Below, in pieces: positions 1-13,907 of a stretch of 64,000 nt of DNA. Position 1 is the first letter of the stretch, and each line of letters begins with the position of its first letter. Location of the stretch: contig CM060731.1 of assembly GCA_030704615.1 (NCBI GenBank), forward strand, positions 25,668,001 to 25,732,000, written 5' to 3'. The stretch is from Takakia lepidozioides (taxonomy: Eukaryota; Plantae; Bryophyta). The position numbers were made by a program, and so were the translations under genes. The notes beneath the pieces were generated by a model that was not told where the DNA came from, made no database searches, and saw only the letters and a program-made list of their open reading frames with translations.

Positions 1-390
1 CTAATTGCATCTACTTCTCTCTTGTGTAGTCCAACATGCATTCACCTTTTTGTCTCCATTGTCTCGCCATTGACTTGGGTCGGAAAAGTGTTCATTCAAA
101 GCTTCTCCTCATCTCTATTACCTGGTTTTTGGATACTTTCATGCTGCCAACAGAGCAAAAACAGGCTGAAATAGGTCAAAGAAGAAGGTATCCTCACCAC
201 ATTGTCCTTTACCTTGTATCATGACCCATAGAGGATTTGACTGACAATCAGCCCAAAAGGACCCCTTGTGTGTGTTGCTTGTATCTGTAGTCAGGTAATG
301 TTGGATTGGTATGTGAGATCGAACCACCACGGTGCAGCTGAGCAGGCAGAGATTGAAACACAGGCCTGCTAAGACCAAGCTGACTCTCCC
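1..390. repeat. Dispersed repeat; related copies at 25575-25711 (inverted), 44290-44540 and 44740-44960
   Basis: Shared strings AAAACAGGCTGAAATAGGTC and TCTGTAGTCAGGTAA..GGATTGG...GAACCACCACGGTGCAGCTGAGC...CCTGCTAAGACCAAGCTGACTCTC. Confidence 0.85.
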
Positions 391-839
391 AAGAACGGCG
401 AGATCTCCTCGTCTCGTCTCTCTCCAAAAACGGCGAGCTCACAAGAATGTTGTGATCTTCTCCTCGTCTCCTCTCCTCCTCCTCTTCTCCTTCCTGCATC
501 ATTTGCTCAAGAGTAGGAAGGTCTGCAAAGCCTCCATCCAACGCCCCTGCATATCCTACGATATCGCGTTCCATGACACAACATCAATAGATGGTGAAAC
601 GCAGGAGACAAAAAAGCCTAAGTCCCAGCCCGGTGTAAAGTTCGGCGGTGTAATCTTAAACCGTAGATCTTAAACAATCTAGACCGTTAGATCCTGTAAA
701 ATCTAACGATTCAAAATAATTTCCATCACATGATCTAACCTTGTACAAACATGTATTTTAATCTCATATATCTTGCGATCTTTGTTAAGCCCACGTCCAT
801 CCAGGTCCAATTATTGAACAGATATCAAATCGACACACC

Positions 840-1343
840 GTATAGGCGGATGGATGAACCCACCATTGAATGAATTCATAATGTATATGCCTTTTAAATG
901 ACATGTGTAGTGATGTAGTCATATATATATAGAGTTATGAACAATTGGCAGTAAGGGACTAAAGTTTACAGGCCATGCCATCGATGGAAAAACTCATCCA
1001 ATGGATGAATACATTCATGTATGTGCTTTCAAAATGACACGTGTAGGGATGTAGTCGTATAAATAGAGCTGAAACCATCTTCAGTCATGGAGTCACAAGA
1101 TTTCCATGAAACAATCGTCCACGTCTAGTCAAACATATCACACTAGTCATAAAACCATCTTGTCATCATGGTCAACAATGTTGACCAATGCTCCCTAATT
1201 TCCGGAGTCATGTAGTGATATCCATTACTATAAAGTGATAAAACTATGACTACAACGCATTTCAGCGCTCTGTAGTCGTACACCTAGTGCCGTTTTATGA
1301 CTCCGCCAAATCCGTAGTCCTAAAAACGCTCATCTTTGTAGGG
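840..1343. mobile_element. Probable CACTA-like terminal region with subterminal repeats; cuts off the methyltransferase ORF
   Basis: Many TGTAGTC/CTAGTCA motifs and a ~150-bp tandem duplication (850-1070). The end reads CCCTACAAAGATGAGCGTTTTTAGGAC on the minus strand, a CACTACA-like variant. Partner end not found. Confidence 0.35.
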
Positions 1344-1938
1344 GTGGCTGGCATGACTCTAGCAGTATTTGCATGAACACTGGGGACTTTTCCTTTGCAC
1401 ATCTCCAGGGAGTGCCATCTGGTCTCTTCAAGTCTGACTGGATGCATGAAGTTGTACAAAAATGTCATCGACATGGGGCTCATAGGGGGGGTTGACGAAA
1501 CAACCCTGGTCAGGAATCTCAAGCTGCGGATGGAGGATGGTGTCTTGGAGGTGCGAATCCTGAGCAGGCAGATCGCCTCGAACATCCTCATCTGCCAAAG
1601 ATAGCAGGTTAGTGTGGTAAACACAATCTATAGTGGAAGTGTGTACATCGGCTATCAGAACTCAGACACAAAAAAAATCATTTTTATCACGAATCGGTGA
1701 TGATCGGTGTCGATCATAACAGATTCTACTAGAGTGGAGCTGCCAGAGAACATTGAAACTCATCTGAAAGCACAAGCAGAGGGGAGACGGCATACAAGTG
1801 ACCAGGGAAACCCCCTTTCACAAGGTAGAGGCTGTTCACACAATTCATGTGCCAAAACTTCAAACCCTGAAGACTTGAGGTATGATGCCTGCCCGACGAC
1901 TATCATTGTCACATTGACTGAAAAAGCAGAAGTGTCCC
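1344..1938 (-). pseudogene. 3' exons of the ParB-methyltransferase gene (C-terminal part of a beta-class amino-MTase-like domain), truncated
   Basis: With the LTR element removed, the frame reads NNFLSDAGTLLLF across the TSD. Then, with frameshifts and an intron (~1594-1795): MRMFEAICLLR...FLYNF...KRPDGTPWRCAKEKSPVFMQILLESC. The SAM-binding DxFxGxG motif is absent. Confidence 0.65.
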
Positions 1939-2861
1939 TGTTAGAGGACTGTCGGGGACTTAGAACTTATACGGGATCTGTAGGTACCCTTAATTTTTGC
2001 ACAGACTTAGACCAACAGGAGCCTTAGGGGTGACAGCAGCGCACTGTAGAGGGGGTTACACAGCCCGTCACAGTCGTCACGCACAAACCCAGCCAACACG
2101 CCAACACACAGCCCGTCACAGTCGTCACAGCCGACACAGCCAACACAGCCCGTCACAGTCGTCACAGCAGACACAGGGGGACGACACGCCGACACAGCCA
2201 GTCACAGCCCGTCACAGGTTTCACACAGCAGTCACAGTGACAACAGCTGTCACGATCATAGGGGACAAGAGTAGGACAGGGAACGACTGTGGGGAACAAC
2301 ACTGCGAAGGGAACATGTTAGTTCACAGACGACGGTTAATGAGGAAACGGTTAGAACCGCGGATAGGAAGATAAGGGAGAAACGGGGATTCAGAAGGGGA
2401 CTTCTGGGTGATAGAGGGAGAAGGATGGGGCAGAGATGAAGAACGGAAGTGAAGATAGCGAGAGGATGAGTAGATGCTTGATATATGCCAAGGCTGTAAT
2501 GATATTGTAGAGTAGATTAGGACACAATGGCTTCGGCCTGATACCTGATAAATCATAATCGGATACTTTTACGATACAATCACACTGTGTAGAGAGATCT
2601 GAGTGAAGCTGTGGAATGAATGGATGAGTTGATGGAATCCAATACATTGATAAAGCAAACTGATACTTAATTATCAATGGTAAGATAGTTAACATGAATA
2701 CCAAAAGGGAAACAAATAGGAAACACCCCCATGGATAACACTAGCGTAGTCCTGACTGGATTTTTCTGCGCGGGCTGAGTACTTGAGATTTCCAACTCTT
2801 CAAATCTTGGAGTTGCCGCCTCGAATAGCGAAGGGATGGGTGGAGTAAAAGCCGCGCGACA
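1939..2861 (+). repeat. 5' LTR, with an internal CACAGCC/GTCACAG minisatellite at ~2058-2250
   Basis: TGTTAGAGGACTG...GCCGCGCGACA; direct repeat of 13908-14934. Confidence 0.97.
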
Positions 2862-2863
2862 TT

Positions 2864-2881
2864 TGGCGACCATACGGGGGG
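2864..2881 (+). promoter_or_regulatory. Primer binding site, probably tRNA-Arg
   Basis: TGGCGACCA 2 nt after the LTR. tRNA identity is recalled from plant tRNA-Arg(TCG) 3' ends, not verified. Confidence 0.7.
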
Positions 2882-3466
2882 ACCTGGGACATGAACAACC
2901 AGATGTGACAGGCATCTGGTGGGATCATGGTGGTTGGACCATTAAAGAATTTGAAGTGAATCAAATCCCTGTGGAACGAAGGAAGAAAGATTGTCCAAAC
3001 AATTCTTTCAAAGGTTCTTGGAATTGCCAGACGGTTGTAAAGAAATATTCTTAAGCGAGTGCATGATGCTGATCCAGAATGGGGTCTGGAGAAAGGAGTG
3101 ATAAAGATTTATCAGGTAGCCTGTAGAGAAGAGCACGTGGTTACCAACATTGGTTTATGTGATAGCATTGCTATCCATTAAACGAGTAGAGTTTGAAGGC
3201 TGGGAAGAAAAGAGGTGAATGTTTATACTCATATGCATGAAGAGCTTGTACTGGTAAAGAATTGGATTCCAAAGGATATTTTGTGGATCAAACTCACACC
3301 AAGAACAGCTTTTCAGACTTGTTTGCCATATGGTTATATGGTAACTGAGACTTCAAGTATAGCCAAGGGTGCATTGAGCTTGAAAGAAACCCAGGCATAT
3401 ACGAGAGATATTACAGAAGAGAGTTTTGGTTATTGCCACATTAAAATAAATGAAAGACATGGGACA

Positions 3467-5400
3467 ATGAGTGATGAAAGAGAAGCTAGACGACAGAGAT
3501 ATTCAGCAAAAAGAGAAAGCTATCTGAAAGCTAATTATCCATATCTTGGGAGAGAGGGAATAGACATAGGGGAATCATCGGGACCTCTCACACCATTAAG
3601 ATCAAAGAGTGCATCACCTATACCGGAAGAACTAGAGTTGGATGCCACTCCTTCTGTTTCTTTGCAAGAAAGATTAAGGGAATTGGTACAGGAAGAAGAT
3701 CAATCACGAGGTGAAAGATCTGAGGTACATCCTTGGATAAAAGACTTGACAGAAATCTTTGATAAGAGTTGGCATGGAACACCAAAAGCAGGAACTCCAG
3801 TTTCTGAAGCAGAAGGTAAGAGAGAGGAGGATGTGGCAGAGCCAACGGAGAGTTCAGACTCTCCAACACCATTACAGTTGAGTTACATGAGTGAAGAAGA
3901 AACCCAGGGCAGAACTTGGAGGATGGAAAAAAGAGAAGAAATTAGAAGAGGAAGAATATGAAGAAGTAGACCCAACAGCTGAGGTTGAGACTACAACCAG
4001 GACATCCCAACCCGTTGGACTTGGATCAAGTGGAGCACTTGGATCACAGGCCAACGAAGGTGTCGGCTCAGGGGGATGCAGGCGGGCTGCCTGGATCTGG
4101 CTCTGGGGGGACAGGAGTGTGGGAAGTAGTGCAACTGAAGCTGGAATACTGTAAATATCGTGGGGCCAGAAGCAGGGAGTGCTCAAGGGCCACCACTTGG
4201 TGAAGATCCACCACAAAAACAACAGGTCCAGAAGGACCAGCACCAACAAGGGTGCCAGCACCACCTGTCAGTGGGCAGAAGGTAGGGCCACAGATGGCGT
4301 TACAACCAACACGGGCAAAACCACCCTTTCCAAATATATCAGGAAAAGGGGATCCCGATGTACACATTAGCCAATTTGAGCATATGTGTATAATGAACAA
4401 TGAGAATGGCGATGATGCCAAGATGAGACTGTTTCCTTGTTCACTTATCAAGAAAGCAAGTGAATGGTATGCAAGATTCCCTGATAATCATTTCCTAACC
4501 TGGAATGGCTTGAATACATCATTTCGAAATAGGTTCAGGACAAGTAAAACTGAGGATGAAGTGTATGGAAGTTTACAACAGCTGAAGCAGAAGAAGCATG
4601 AAACTGTTGAAGAGTATATGGAGAAGATGGAATTGATGATGAAAAAGCTGGCTGCAGTACCAGCGCCGGGTTACAGAAGCGCTTGGTTTGTGAGTGGACT
4701 AAGACCAGAGTTGCAAAAGAAATGGATATGTTACCCCATAATACAGTGGAGGAGGCATTGAAACTGCGAACAAATTGAGCAATTGGGATGCTCAGGAGAG
4801 AGAAAAAAGATGATGAGGACTCGGAGGATGAGTCAGATGAGAAGAAGAAGAGCTAAAAACTAAAAAGAAGAGTAGAGAAAGGAGAAGTTGAAGAGGGATA
4901 ACTATGAAAAAAATTGAAGAAATCTTGAAGAAGTATGCCACAAGAGGCTCAACACATTGGAGGAAGGGTGTATGGTGTGCAAAGTGCCAGAATGAAGGCC
5001 ATACCACCACAGAATGCCACATGAAGGAGAAACACTGTACTATCTGTAAAATGGATAAACCATTATACTGAGAATTGTTACTACAACAGAAGGACAGCTG
5101 CAAGAGAACCTAGGCAAGTAAGGGTGCATCAGGTGCAGCCCCAGCCAAGAAGAAACAATGATCAGGACCACTATGGTAGGTCTGGTGGTTATAACAATGG
5201 CATGGAAGGGAGAGGTAATTCAAGAGGAATTACCAGGAAATTCCAGAGGCAACTATCAGGGTAATCCAAGGGGGAATTCCAGCCCGGGAATCAGGATTAT
5301 AGAAATAATCCAAGAACAGACCAGGGCGAGGACCCAATGGTGAAGAGCTTGTTACTATTGTAATCAGCCAGGACATCGCAAGGCAGCCTATTCATTCTGG
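3467..5400 (+). pseudogene. gag (frameshifted)
   Basis: Retrotrans_gag-like RLFPCSL..ASEWY...W..L...F..RF...LKQKKHETVEEY (4252-4761). Zn knuckles CAKCQNEGHTTTEC (~4977) and CYYCNQPGH (~5350). Confidence 0.85.
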
Positions 5401-5979
5401 ATAAGACACCAGAATGAGATGAGAGCTCCTGTGAATGAGGGCCCAGTGGTGGCAGCTCACATGTTAGGCCATGTGTTGTACAAGAAGTAAGTACAATGAT
5501 AGTAACAAGAAGTAAAGCCAAACTAATACCTCCAGTAGAAGAGGAAGAAGATGAGCTGGAAGTGGCAATGATATGCCTGAAGATGAAGAGACTTGGAAAG
5601 ATGAGAAGGAACTCACAAGGAGTGGCAGATACTATAAGGGAAATGCAAAAGAGTACTGATATTCCTGTGGCAGATTCCTCTGATTCGGATGGAGAAAAAG
5701 AAGGGAGTGAGAAGAAAGAAAAGAAGATGCAGACATGCAAAGTAATGAAGAGACTTTGGCTGCAGTAATATGTCAGACCAAAAGCAGAAATTACCATTGG
5801 ACAGCTATTAGCTGTGGCACACCTTATTGTAGACACAGGCTGTATCAAGCAATCAATCGAATTGCCCAGAGACAGGAAACACAGACCTGAACAGCATGTG
5901 ACCAGTTATAATGTGAAGCCGGAAGGGCGAGAAACAGTCATGGACTTTGATGATTCTATGCCAGTATCCAATTGAGAAT

Positions 5980-8900
5980 TGGAAGCACAGAACTAACGGC
6001 TGTACTGATAGATGGTGGTTCTGGAGTAAATATCATGACAGATCAATTAAGGAAGAAGCTTGGTCTAAGTAACATGAAACAGCCCCATTTACAGTAACAA
6101 TGGCAGATCAAAGAAGTGTACAGCCATTGGGATTAATAAGAGGAGTTAAGATACAGATACAGAAAATGATCTTTATGATCACAGTAACTGTATTAGAAAT
6201 GGATGAAGTCATGGAGGCTTACTCCTTATTATTGGGACGTCCGTGGCTGAAACGGCCAGGGTATTCCATGACTGGAATTCTCAGTTACTAACCGTGCATA
6301 ATGGGATACACGAGATACAAATTACCACAAAGAAATCTAGTAGATTACCTGCTACAAGAAGACCTCGAGGAGTCAGAGAGTATGACTGGAGAGGAGGACT
6401 GGATGAGGAGCAGGAAGCTACCCTATTTGCTGCACACCCAGAGTGGGAGCAGTTGCAGAGATGCGGCTGGAAGCCTAAGTTGTTTGAGAGTTCTCTCTGT
6501 GGTGTAGTGAACAACAACACCAACACCAGGAGAGAACCAGCATTTACCCATCACATTTCTATGAAGAAAGAGAAGGAGAAATAGAAATCCTAGAAGAACC
6601 AGCCACTGTGAGCTTACAGGATGAGTGGTGACTGGTTGGACAATCACAGCTGATGAGCAGGTGAGGGAAGTAAATGTGGGAACTAAAGAGGAACCAAGGA
6701 TGGTGAAAGTAGGAGCTGATTTGGAGCCGGAATTCTTCGAAGAAGCAAAAAGCTTGTTGATCAAATACAGAGATGTATTTGCTTGGAGCTATGAGGATCT
6801 AAAAGGGATACCACTGAAGTCTGTCAGCATAAGATTGAACTGGAACCAGGGTCAGTACCAATCAAGCAGGCGAGGTATAGAATGAATCCCAACTACGCAC
6901 AGAGTTGGAGAAGAGATAAAGAAGTTGGCTGAGGCTAAGTTTATATACCCAATGAGTATACAACTTGGTTGTCACCCATGTTATAGTTCCCAAAAGAATG
7001 GCAAATTAAGAGTATGTGTGAACTACAAGAAGCTGAATGCTTGTACGAAGAAAATCCTTTCCCTTTGCCATTCACAGAAGCGTTACAGAAGCATTAGACA
7101 CTGTGGCAGGCCATGAGATGTACTCATTCATGGATGGCTTCATGGTTATAATCAAGTGCAAGTGGCAGAAGAAGACCAAGGGAAAACAGCTTTCATCACA
7201 GACTGGGGGGCTTATGCATACAAAGTCATGCCCTTTGGACTTTGTAATGCACCAGCGACCTTTCAGAGAGTGATAAGTGAATCTTTTCATGAGTATCTGG
7301 ATGATTTCATGCAGGTATTCTTGGATGATTTCAGTGTGTACAGCTCTAAGAGTGAGCACTTGCATAAATTGGAGTTATGTTTGGCCAGATGCAGGATGAG
7401 AGGTCTGGGCTGAATCCAGAGAAGTGTACTTTCTGGTGAACTCAGGGTGCTTCTGGGACACATGTGTTGTAAGAAGGCTCCTTGTGGATCCCAAAAGACA
7501 GAGTCCATTAAAGTCTCTCCACCACCAGTGAATGTTAAAAGTCTACGAAGATTCCTTGGGCAAACCAGTTATTACAGGAGATTTGTCAAAAGGTATGCAC
7601 AAATAGCAGCACCATTGAGCAAACTACTGAAGACAGATGCAGTGTTTGCCTAGACAGCGGAATGTCAACAGGCATTTGAGGAACATACACTGTCAGTAAC
7701 AACTACACCTGTGCTGATTAACCCTCACTGGCATGTAGTATTCCATGTTCACTGCGATGCATCAGGACAGGAGAAGCGTTGGGAGCGGTGTTAGCCCAGA
7801 ATGTTACAGGGAATATAGATTCAACCTGTGTACTATGCTAGCCGGTTGATGAACAGTGCTGAGAGGAACTATAGCACAACGGAAAGAGAAGCATTGGCAA
7901 TTATCTATGCAGTGAAGAAATTCAGGCATTACCTGTTGGGCAAGAAGTTTATGTTCTATGTGGATCACCAGGCTCTGATATACTTGGTAAACAAACCTCT
8001 GATAAGCGGAAGAATAGCAAGATGGTTGATAATCTTGCACGAGTTTGAGTTCGAGGTTGTTTACAAGCCTGGGAGACTGCATCTTGTGGTGGATCATTTG
8101 TCACGATTGTCAACAGGAGAACCAGCCACAGGAATAGATGATCAATTACCAGATGCGAGTCTCTTTGCAGTGGAGGTGCAGGGAAGTGCAGATGACTGGT
8201 TAGATTGGCAGTGGCCAATCAGATACTACCTTGTTCATGGTCAGTGCCCACCTAGTTATGGTAAAGAGCAGAGGAAGAGAATCGCTATCAAAGCTTTACC
8301 TTATACTATGGTAGGAAGCAGAATGTATAAGTTAGGACCTGATGGAGTACTAAAACGATGCTTGTACCACCATGAAGTGAATAAAGTTTTGGCGGAAGTT
8401 CATAAAGGAGTGGCGGGAGGTCATTTTGGAGAAGAGACTACCAGTAGAAAGATACTACTCGCAGGATACTGGTGGCCTACTTTGTTCAAAGATGTACACG
8501 AGTATTGTCAGAAGTGTGATGAATGTCAGAGGCTAGGACCTTTGCAGAGATCTGGAAGGATGGCCTTGCATCCTACAATGCCTACGGAACCATTTCAGAA
8601 ATGGGGACTAGACTTTGTTGGACCAATTAACCCACCATCCAAGAATACACGAAACAAGTACATAATTACAGCCACTGATTATACTACAAAGTGGGTGGAA
8701 GCTAAAGCTTTGAGGGACAACACAGCCAAGTCCACAGCAAGGTTCCTGTACGAGAACACACTTACACGATTTGGCTGTCCCTTAGAATTTATCAGTGATC
8801 AAGGAAGTCACTTCATGAATGAGACCATTGAGTTGTTGACTAAAGAGTTTATGATTGTGCATAGAAAGAGTACAACATATTACCCACAGGGTAATGGGCA

Positions 8901-9999
8901 AGCAGAGGCTACCAACAAAATACTATGTACTATCTTGGCTAAGATAGTCAATGCAAACAGAACGGATTGGGATACGAAGCTGCTGACAGCTTTGTGGTCA
9001 TACAGGACTTCATATAAAGTCACCACTAAGTATACACCATTCCAATTAGTTTATGGTATGGAAGCCTTACTTCCAGTGGAATTCCTGTTACCTACCATGA
9101 GAACGGAGTGGGGGAAAAGAATGGAATTGCAAGACTCCATCAAGGTTAGGAAACATGAATTATACCATGTGGAAGAAGTACGTGCTGATGCAGCTGATAA
9201 TATGACCAGAATTCAGATGAAGCGAAAGGAACAGTTTGATGAAGGCAAGTTAAAGACTTTTAAGACGGGGGATTTGGTTCTATGGTTGCAGAAGAAAGGA
9301 AAGATTCAAGCTTCTAAGCTTAAATCACCATGGAAAGGACCTTATGTCATACAAAAAATGTATGATAACAACACCGCCATGTTACAAACCATTAACAAAG
9401 AAATGCTGGGAAGAGTCAATGCAAATAAGTTGAAGGGGTACAGTGGTATCCATGACAAACCCTTGCAGCATGATTTGCATGTTGAACCGCAAACGCAGTC
9501 ACGGGCTGCACCAGTGTTACGAACGGAGTATGGAGCACTTGTCGCTAGGCCCAGCATATATGACCAGGGTGGGCAAAACAAACGTGACACAGCCTATCAC
9601 AGCCCATCACAACGTGACACAGCCTATCACAGCCCAGCACGGCGCAACACAGCCTATCACAGCCCATCACAACGTGACACAACCTATCACAGCCCAGCAC
9701 GGCGCAACACAGCCTATCACAGCCCATCACAACGTGACACAGCCTATCACAGCCCATCACGACGTGACACAGCCTATCACAGCCCAGCAAGGCGCAACAC
9801 AGCCTATCACAGCCCATCACGACGTGACACAGCCTATCACAACCTACCACAGCGTGTCACAGCCTATCACAGCTTACCACAGTGCATCACAGCCTATCAC
9901 AGCGTAACACAGTATGACACAGCCTGTCACAGCTCAACACAGCCTACTAAAGTTACACGATCCATAGAACCAGTGACAAGTGGACGCATAATAACTTGA
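5980..9999 (+). pseudogene. pol: protease, RT, RNase H, integrase. RT is frameshifted; the RH-INT ORF 7828-9999 is open.
   Basis: VLIDGGSGVN; MPFGLCNAPATFQR; FLDDF; NYSTTEREALA; GGHFG..CDECQ; WGLDFVGP; SDQGSHF; GNGQAE; WKGPY. Confidence 0.95.
9581..9945 (+). repeat. 30-bp tandem repeat (~12 units), in frame with the integrase C-terminus
   Basis: Unit AACGTGACACAGCCTATCACAGCCCATCAC, encoding RDTAYHSPSQ. Confidence 0.95.
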
Positions 10000-10407
10000 G
10001 GAAAATGGCTGACGGAAGAGGAAATGGAAATTACTTTAAAAATAGACACGTGGAGGTCAGGGCGCGACACACAGCCGAGAAGGAAGTGCAAGAAAGAAAG
10101 AGGACAAGAACGGCCGTCAAAAGGGATGAAAGGCGGGCCCATTAATGAGTACGGAAAAAGGGAAACGGAACGAACGGCAAGTACAGAAAAGCGGAATTCT
10201 TGTCACATGTGTGATCCTAGTGGACTATCCAACAGGGAAAGTCCACTAAAGAAGATAAAATCTAAAATCCAGTCACAGCGGATACAGCCAATAGAAAACC
10301 AGAGAAAGGATCAAGAAAATGGAGGGAAATTGAGCGCAAGAGGCGGCGTCGTTCTGAGTAACGGGCGTCTCGACAGGACAGACCATCAATGCTATACCTT
10401 GGAAACT

Positions 10408-13400
10408 ATGGAGGAACTAACAGACTATACGCTCGCAATATTACTTACGCAGTGGCATAGACACGAAAGGACAGAGCAGAGCTTTTCTCTTGAGCGATGC
10501 TTGCAAGCCCCGCAGGCTTACAAGAAATTACCCATAGCGTTCTGGGGCAACCATACGTTTATGCTTTGTGCACTACAGGCATTCCTACAGTTGTTACAGC
10601 CAAAACAGTTCGGTGAGTCTAAAATGAAGAGAGTGAGAGGCATGGAGGAAATCAGGGTGAAGAGCACCACGATTCTGCAGAAACAAACAATTGCTACCCC
10701 ACAGGCGATACAGATACTGGAGGAGCTGAGATTGCAAGGATTGCAAAGCCTAGATTGGACACTACACCATAGACAGTACATGTTACAATTTTTGCAGAAC
10801 TTTGAGCCAAGGACAGGAACAACAACGGTGAAGGGAGTTGAATTAATGATTACTCCCCTATACCTCCAGCAATTGTTTCGATTGCCAGCAGGTCAGGTGC
10901 ATGTGGAGAAACACAGGGCAAGACTGCAAATAGGGGACTTATTCTAAGAAGGGAGTTTCTTTAAAACTCAGGGTTATGCTTGTACCAAGGCTGTGTACCC
11001 AGGGTTAAAAGAGGTAGGCCAGGTATTGAACGTTCTGATTGCCATGAAACAGAACCAACAGTATTTGAGCAGATCCTTCACGGAGGAAATACTCAAAGGC
11101 CTGAAGGGACAAGAGGTACAATGGGCGGACATAATGTACAACGCACTAGTAGAGGAGATGAAAAGATTACAAGGTACTACCGCAAAGTCTCCTATAATAG
11201 TGTCTGGCCCAATCATTGCTCAAATAATCCTTGATTCTGGCATACTTAATGCGCACGAAAGAAAGGAAATGGGAGTGTTTGAGCCAGCAACAACTGCAAT
11301 GGAAGAGCAAGGCTCTTCACACAGTGAGGGTGGACTAGCAGGGCAACCTGAGACTAAGAGGCAGAGACGGGGAAAGACTGTGTGGCGGATCCACTGGCTT
11401 CACGGATTCCGCATGATAATGTTTCCGAAGCTCATGGCCAGGAAGGGGCACAGCAGCACAGAGAAATGCTATTACTGGAAGCAGGACCTTCAGAGAGGGA
11501 GGAGGAAGTTACTTCTGCATCACAACCATCACAGCCACCTGAACGACTTGTCACAAGGTCACAAGTTATCCATGCAGCTCAACCAGAAATAATTGATTTG
11601 GAAAGAGAAGGGTTAGATATTCCAACTACAGAACAGATAGTGGCAGAAATAGAGAAGGGGGACCTTCTCTATGAATATTCTGGTCTGGTCAAGGAGACAG
11701 AAATCCCAGAGGTGCAACAGTTGCCCAAGGGAAATCCTGAGGTGCATATAATACACACACCTGTGACGGAGGTACCACAGGCGGAAGGTCATGACACTGT
11801 AGCACCGGTGATAGATGAAGTAGTTCAGGAAGAAAATCCGGTGGGACAATGGCCTGAATGGTTAGTGAGGCATCACACTGTTGAAGATCAGGAGGAACAG
11901 CAGCAACCTCACCATGATGACCCTCAACAGGCAATGCTGATGAGTTCCATAGGCAGGACACTTAATTTGTTGGGGACTTATGTCAAATCCCATGTTCCAA
12001 TTACCCAATTGACAGCCTTGAGAGAGGAACTCAGGAAGGAGTTTGAGGCTCGACTAGCCACTGAGTGTGCAAACAAGGTCGATGAAGAGGTCACTCTCAA
12101 GATGAAGCAGGACTTGGGAAATACAGAAATGGCTTTGCAATTGGCCAAGGAACAATTGATTGAGGCAGGCCTCGCGCAAGACCAGTTGCACGAAGCACAT
12201 AAGCAACAGCTATACCAAATGCAGGTGCAGCATGAAAGCAAGTTGCAAGAACTGAATGCACTACATACGGAGTTGCAGACAGTGCATAACAGGATGGCGA
12301 TACAATGTGCTACATTCACAACTATGCTTGACCAATCTACAAAAGAAATAAACAGTCAAGCGGAAAAATGTACGAAGGCAGAAGAAGAGAATGTTGAGCA
12401 AATGAAGCTCATTGTCGATATGAAGAATACAATCTGTCGTAATGAAGATACTTTCAAGCAATACAGGCAGATTGAAGCTGATCAAGAGAAGCACATCGTG
12501 GAGTTGCAACAAACCATCATGGCCAATAGAAATGAAATCGCAGTCAATAACAAGGCTTGGAAGGAAGCCAATAATCTACTTGCTGCTTATGCGCAATTGG
12601 TTGAACCTCAGGCGAAGCGCATGGAGGCTTTACAACAGCAGTTGGAATTGTACAAGCTAAGAGAGGAGCAAACTCTCAGGAAAACCACAAGCAACTTGGT
12701 GGATAACAGCCTTATGCAGGTCTGGTTAGCACAAGGGCCAGTAGAGGGCAAAGCACCACGGAAGCTCACCCAGAGCGAGATGAATGAGCTCAGGCTGCAG
12801 GTGTAGAACATTGCCACAACTACTATAGACAATGTCTATAGTAGGATAGCAGAGTTACAAGAGGATGTAGACGGACTCCAGACTCAAGTGGAAGACCTCA
12901 CTTCAAACATCGACCAAAGAGTCTATATCCCTCAGGAACAGCTAATGGCTTCTTATTTACAAGCCCGAACTTTGGCTTTTCAGTCTTCACAGGAGGTGCA
13001 GGAGATGCCAATGATACAAAAGCCAGTACCACCACCACCACAACAAGTCACTGTACCAATAGCTGAACCTGTGGTTACTACAACCACACCACAGCCACCA
13101 CAGCCGGAGGTTGTACATGGACTCATTTATACCAAGACCAAGGAGATAGCAAGTATTGTCATGGGGTGCGGGTTATACTACGCTGCTTGTTTTCTGGTAC
13201 GTTACCACATTGAGCAACAAAAGATGCAAGCACGCTTTCTGAGTTATTCCAGTGGAGATCATTGGGTATTACCTTCGGTGCCACCTCATATGTACCTATA
13301 TGACCCAAAAGTTATGATGCAAAAGGATTCTCAAATTCGTTCATGGTTTCAAGCGGCCTGGAACCATTTGTCAACACAGAAATTTGGCATTGATGACATT

Positions 13401-13880
13401 TTCTATAAGGGACATGTGGCATGGAAGTACTTGCACGCTGCACCAGTAATTGGTACCCCACTCACCTGGACAGACAAGGAGCTCAGTGTCTACACCAATT
13501 TTGCTGTTCAGCGGTTACACAAAGTTGTAAAATACAAACTTCCAGACATGGTTGGACAACATTGTATGCCCCAGATGATTCCACAAAAAGTTTGAAAATT
13601 AAAACACCGGAGAGGCGATGAGGATTCTGATACAACTGTTTCTTCACCGAATTCTTTTGACATGGGAGAAGACTATGCAATTCAGATGGCAGAGAAGAAG
13701 CGACGGGGGTCTCCTATGCCGGAAAGGTTACCTCGATATCAGCCTCCAGAGGGCCTCACTTATCCAGGTAGTGATCAACCATCTCCGTCAACCAGAGACA
13801 GACCTCGGGCTCGTACACACAGTCCGCCACGAAACTCTCAACGTCAAGAAGGTGCTCACTCACAAAGGTTTGCTAGTTGA
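10408..13880 (+). pseudogene. Extra sense ORF 3' of pol (Athila env-like / plant transposon protein-like N-terminus plus long coiled coil), broken by stops and frameshifts
   Basis: Consecutive ORFs 10024-10947, 10993-11592, 11382-12806, 12888-13595. Motifs QFLQNF...TVKGVELMITPLYLQQLFRLP and VQWADIMY...SGPIIAQII. Heptad-rich region ~12000-12900. Confidence 0.65.
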
Positions 13881-13889
13881 AATCAGTTT

Positions 13890-13904
13890 GAGAGGGGGAA
13901 GGGG
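13890..13904 (+). promoter_or_regulatory. Polypurine tract
   Basis: GAGAGGGGGAAGGGG, 3 nt before the 3' LTR. Confidence 0.9.
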
Positions 13905-13907
13905 TAA

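Noticed and set aside
1997-2374. His/Ser/Thr-rich ORFs in the LTRs (also 13968-14312) and antisense repeat ORFs at 9545-9850
   Set aside because: By-products of stop-free minisatellites.
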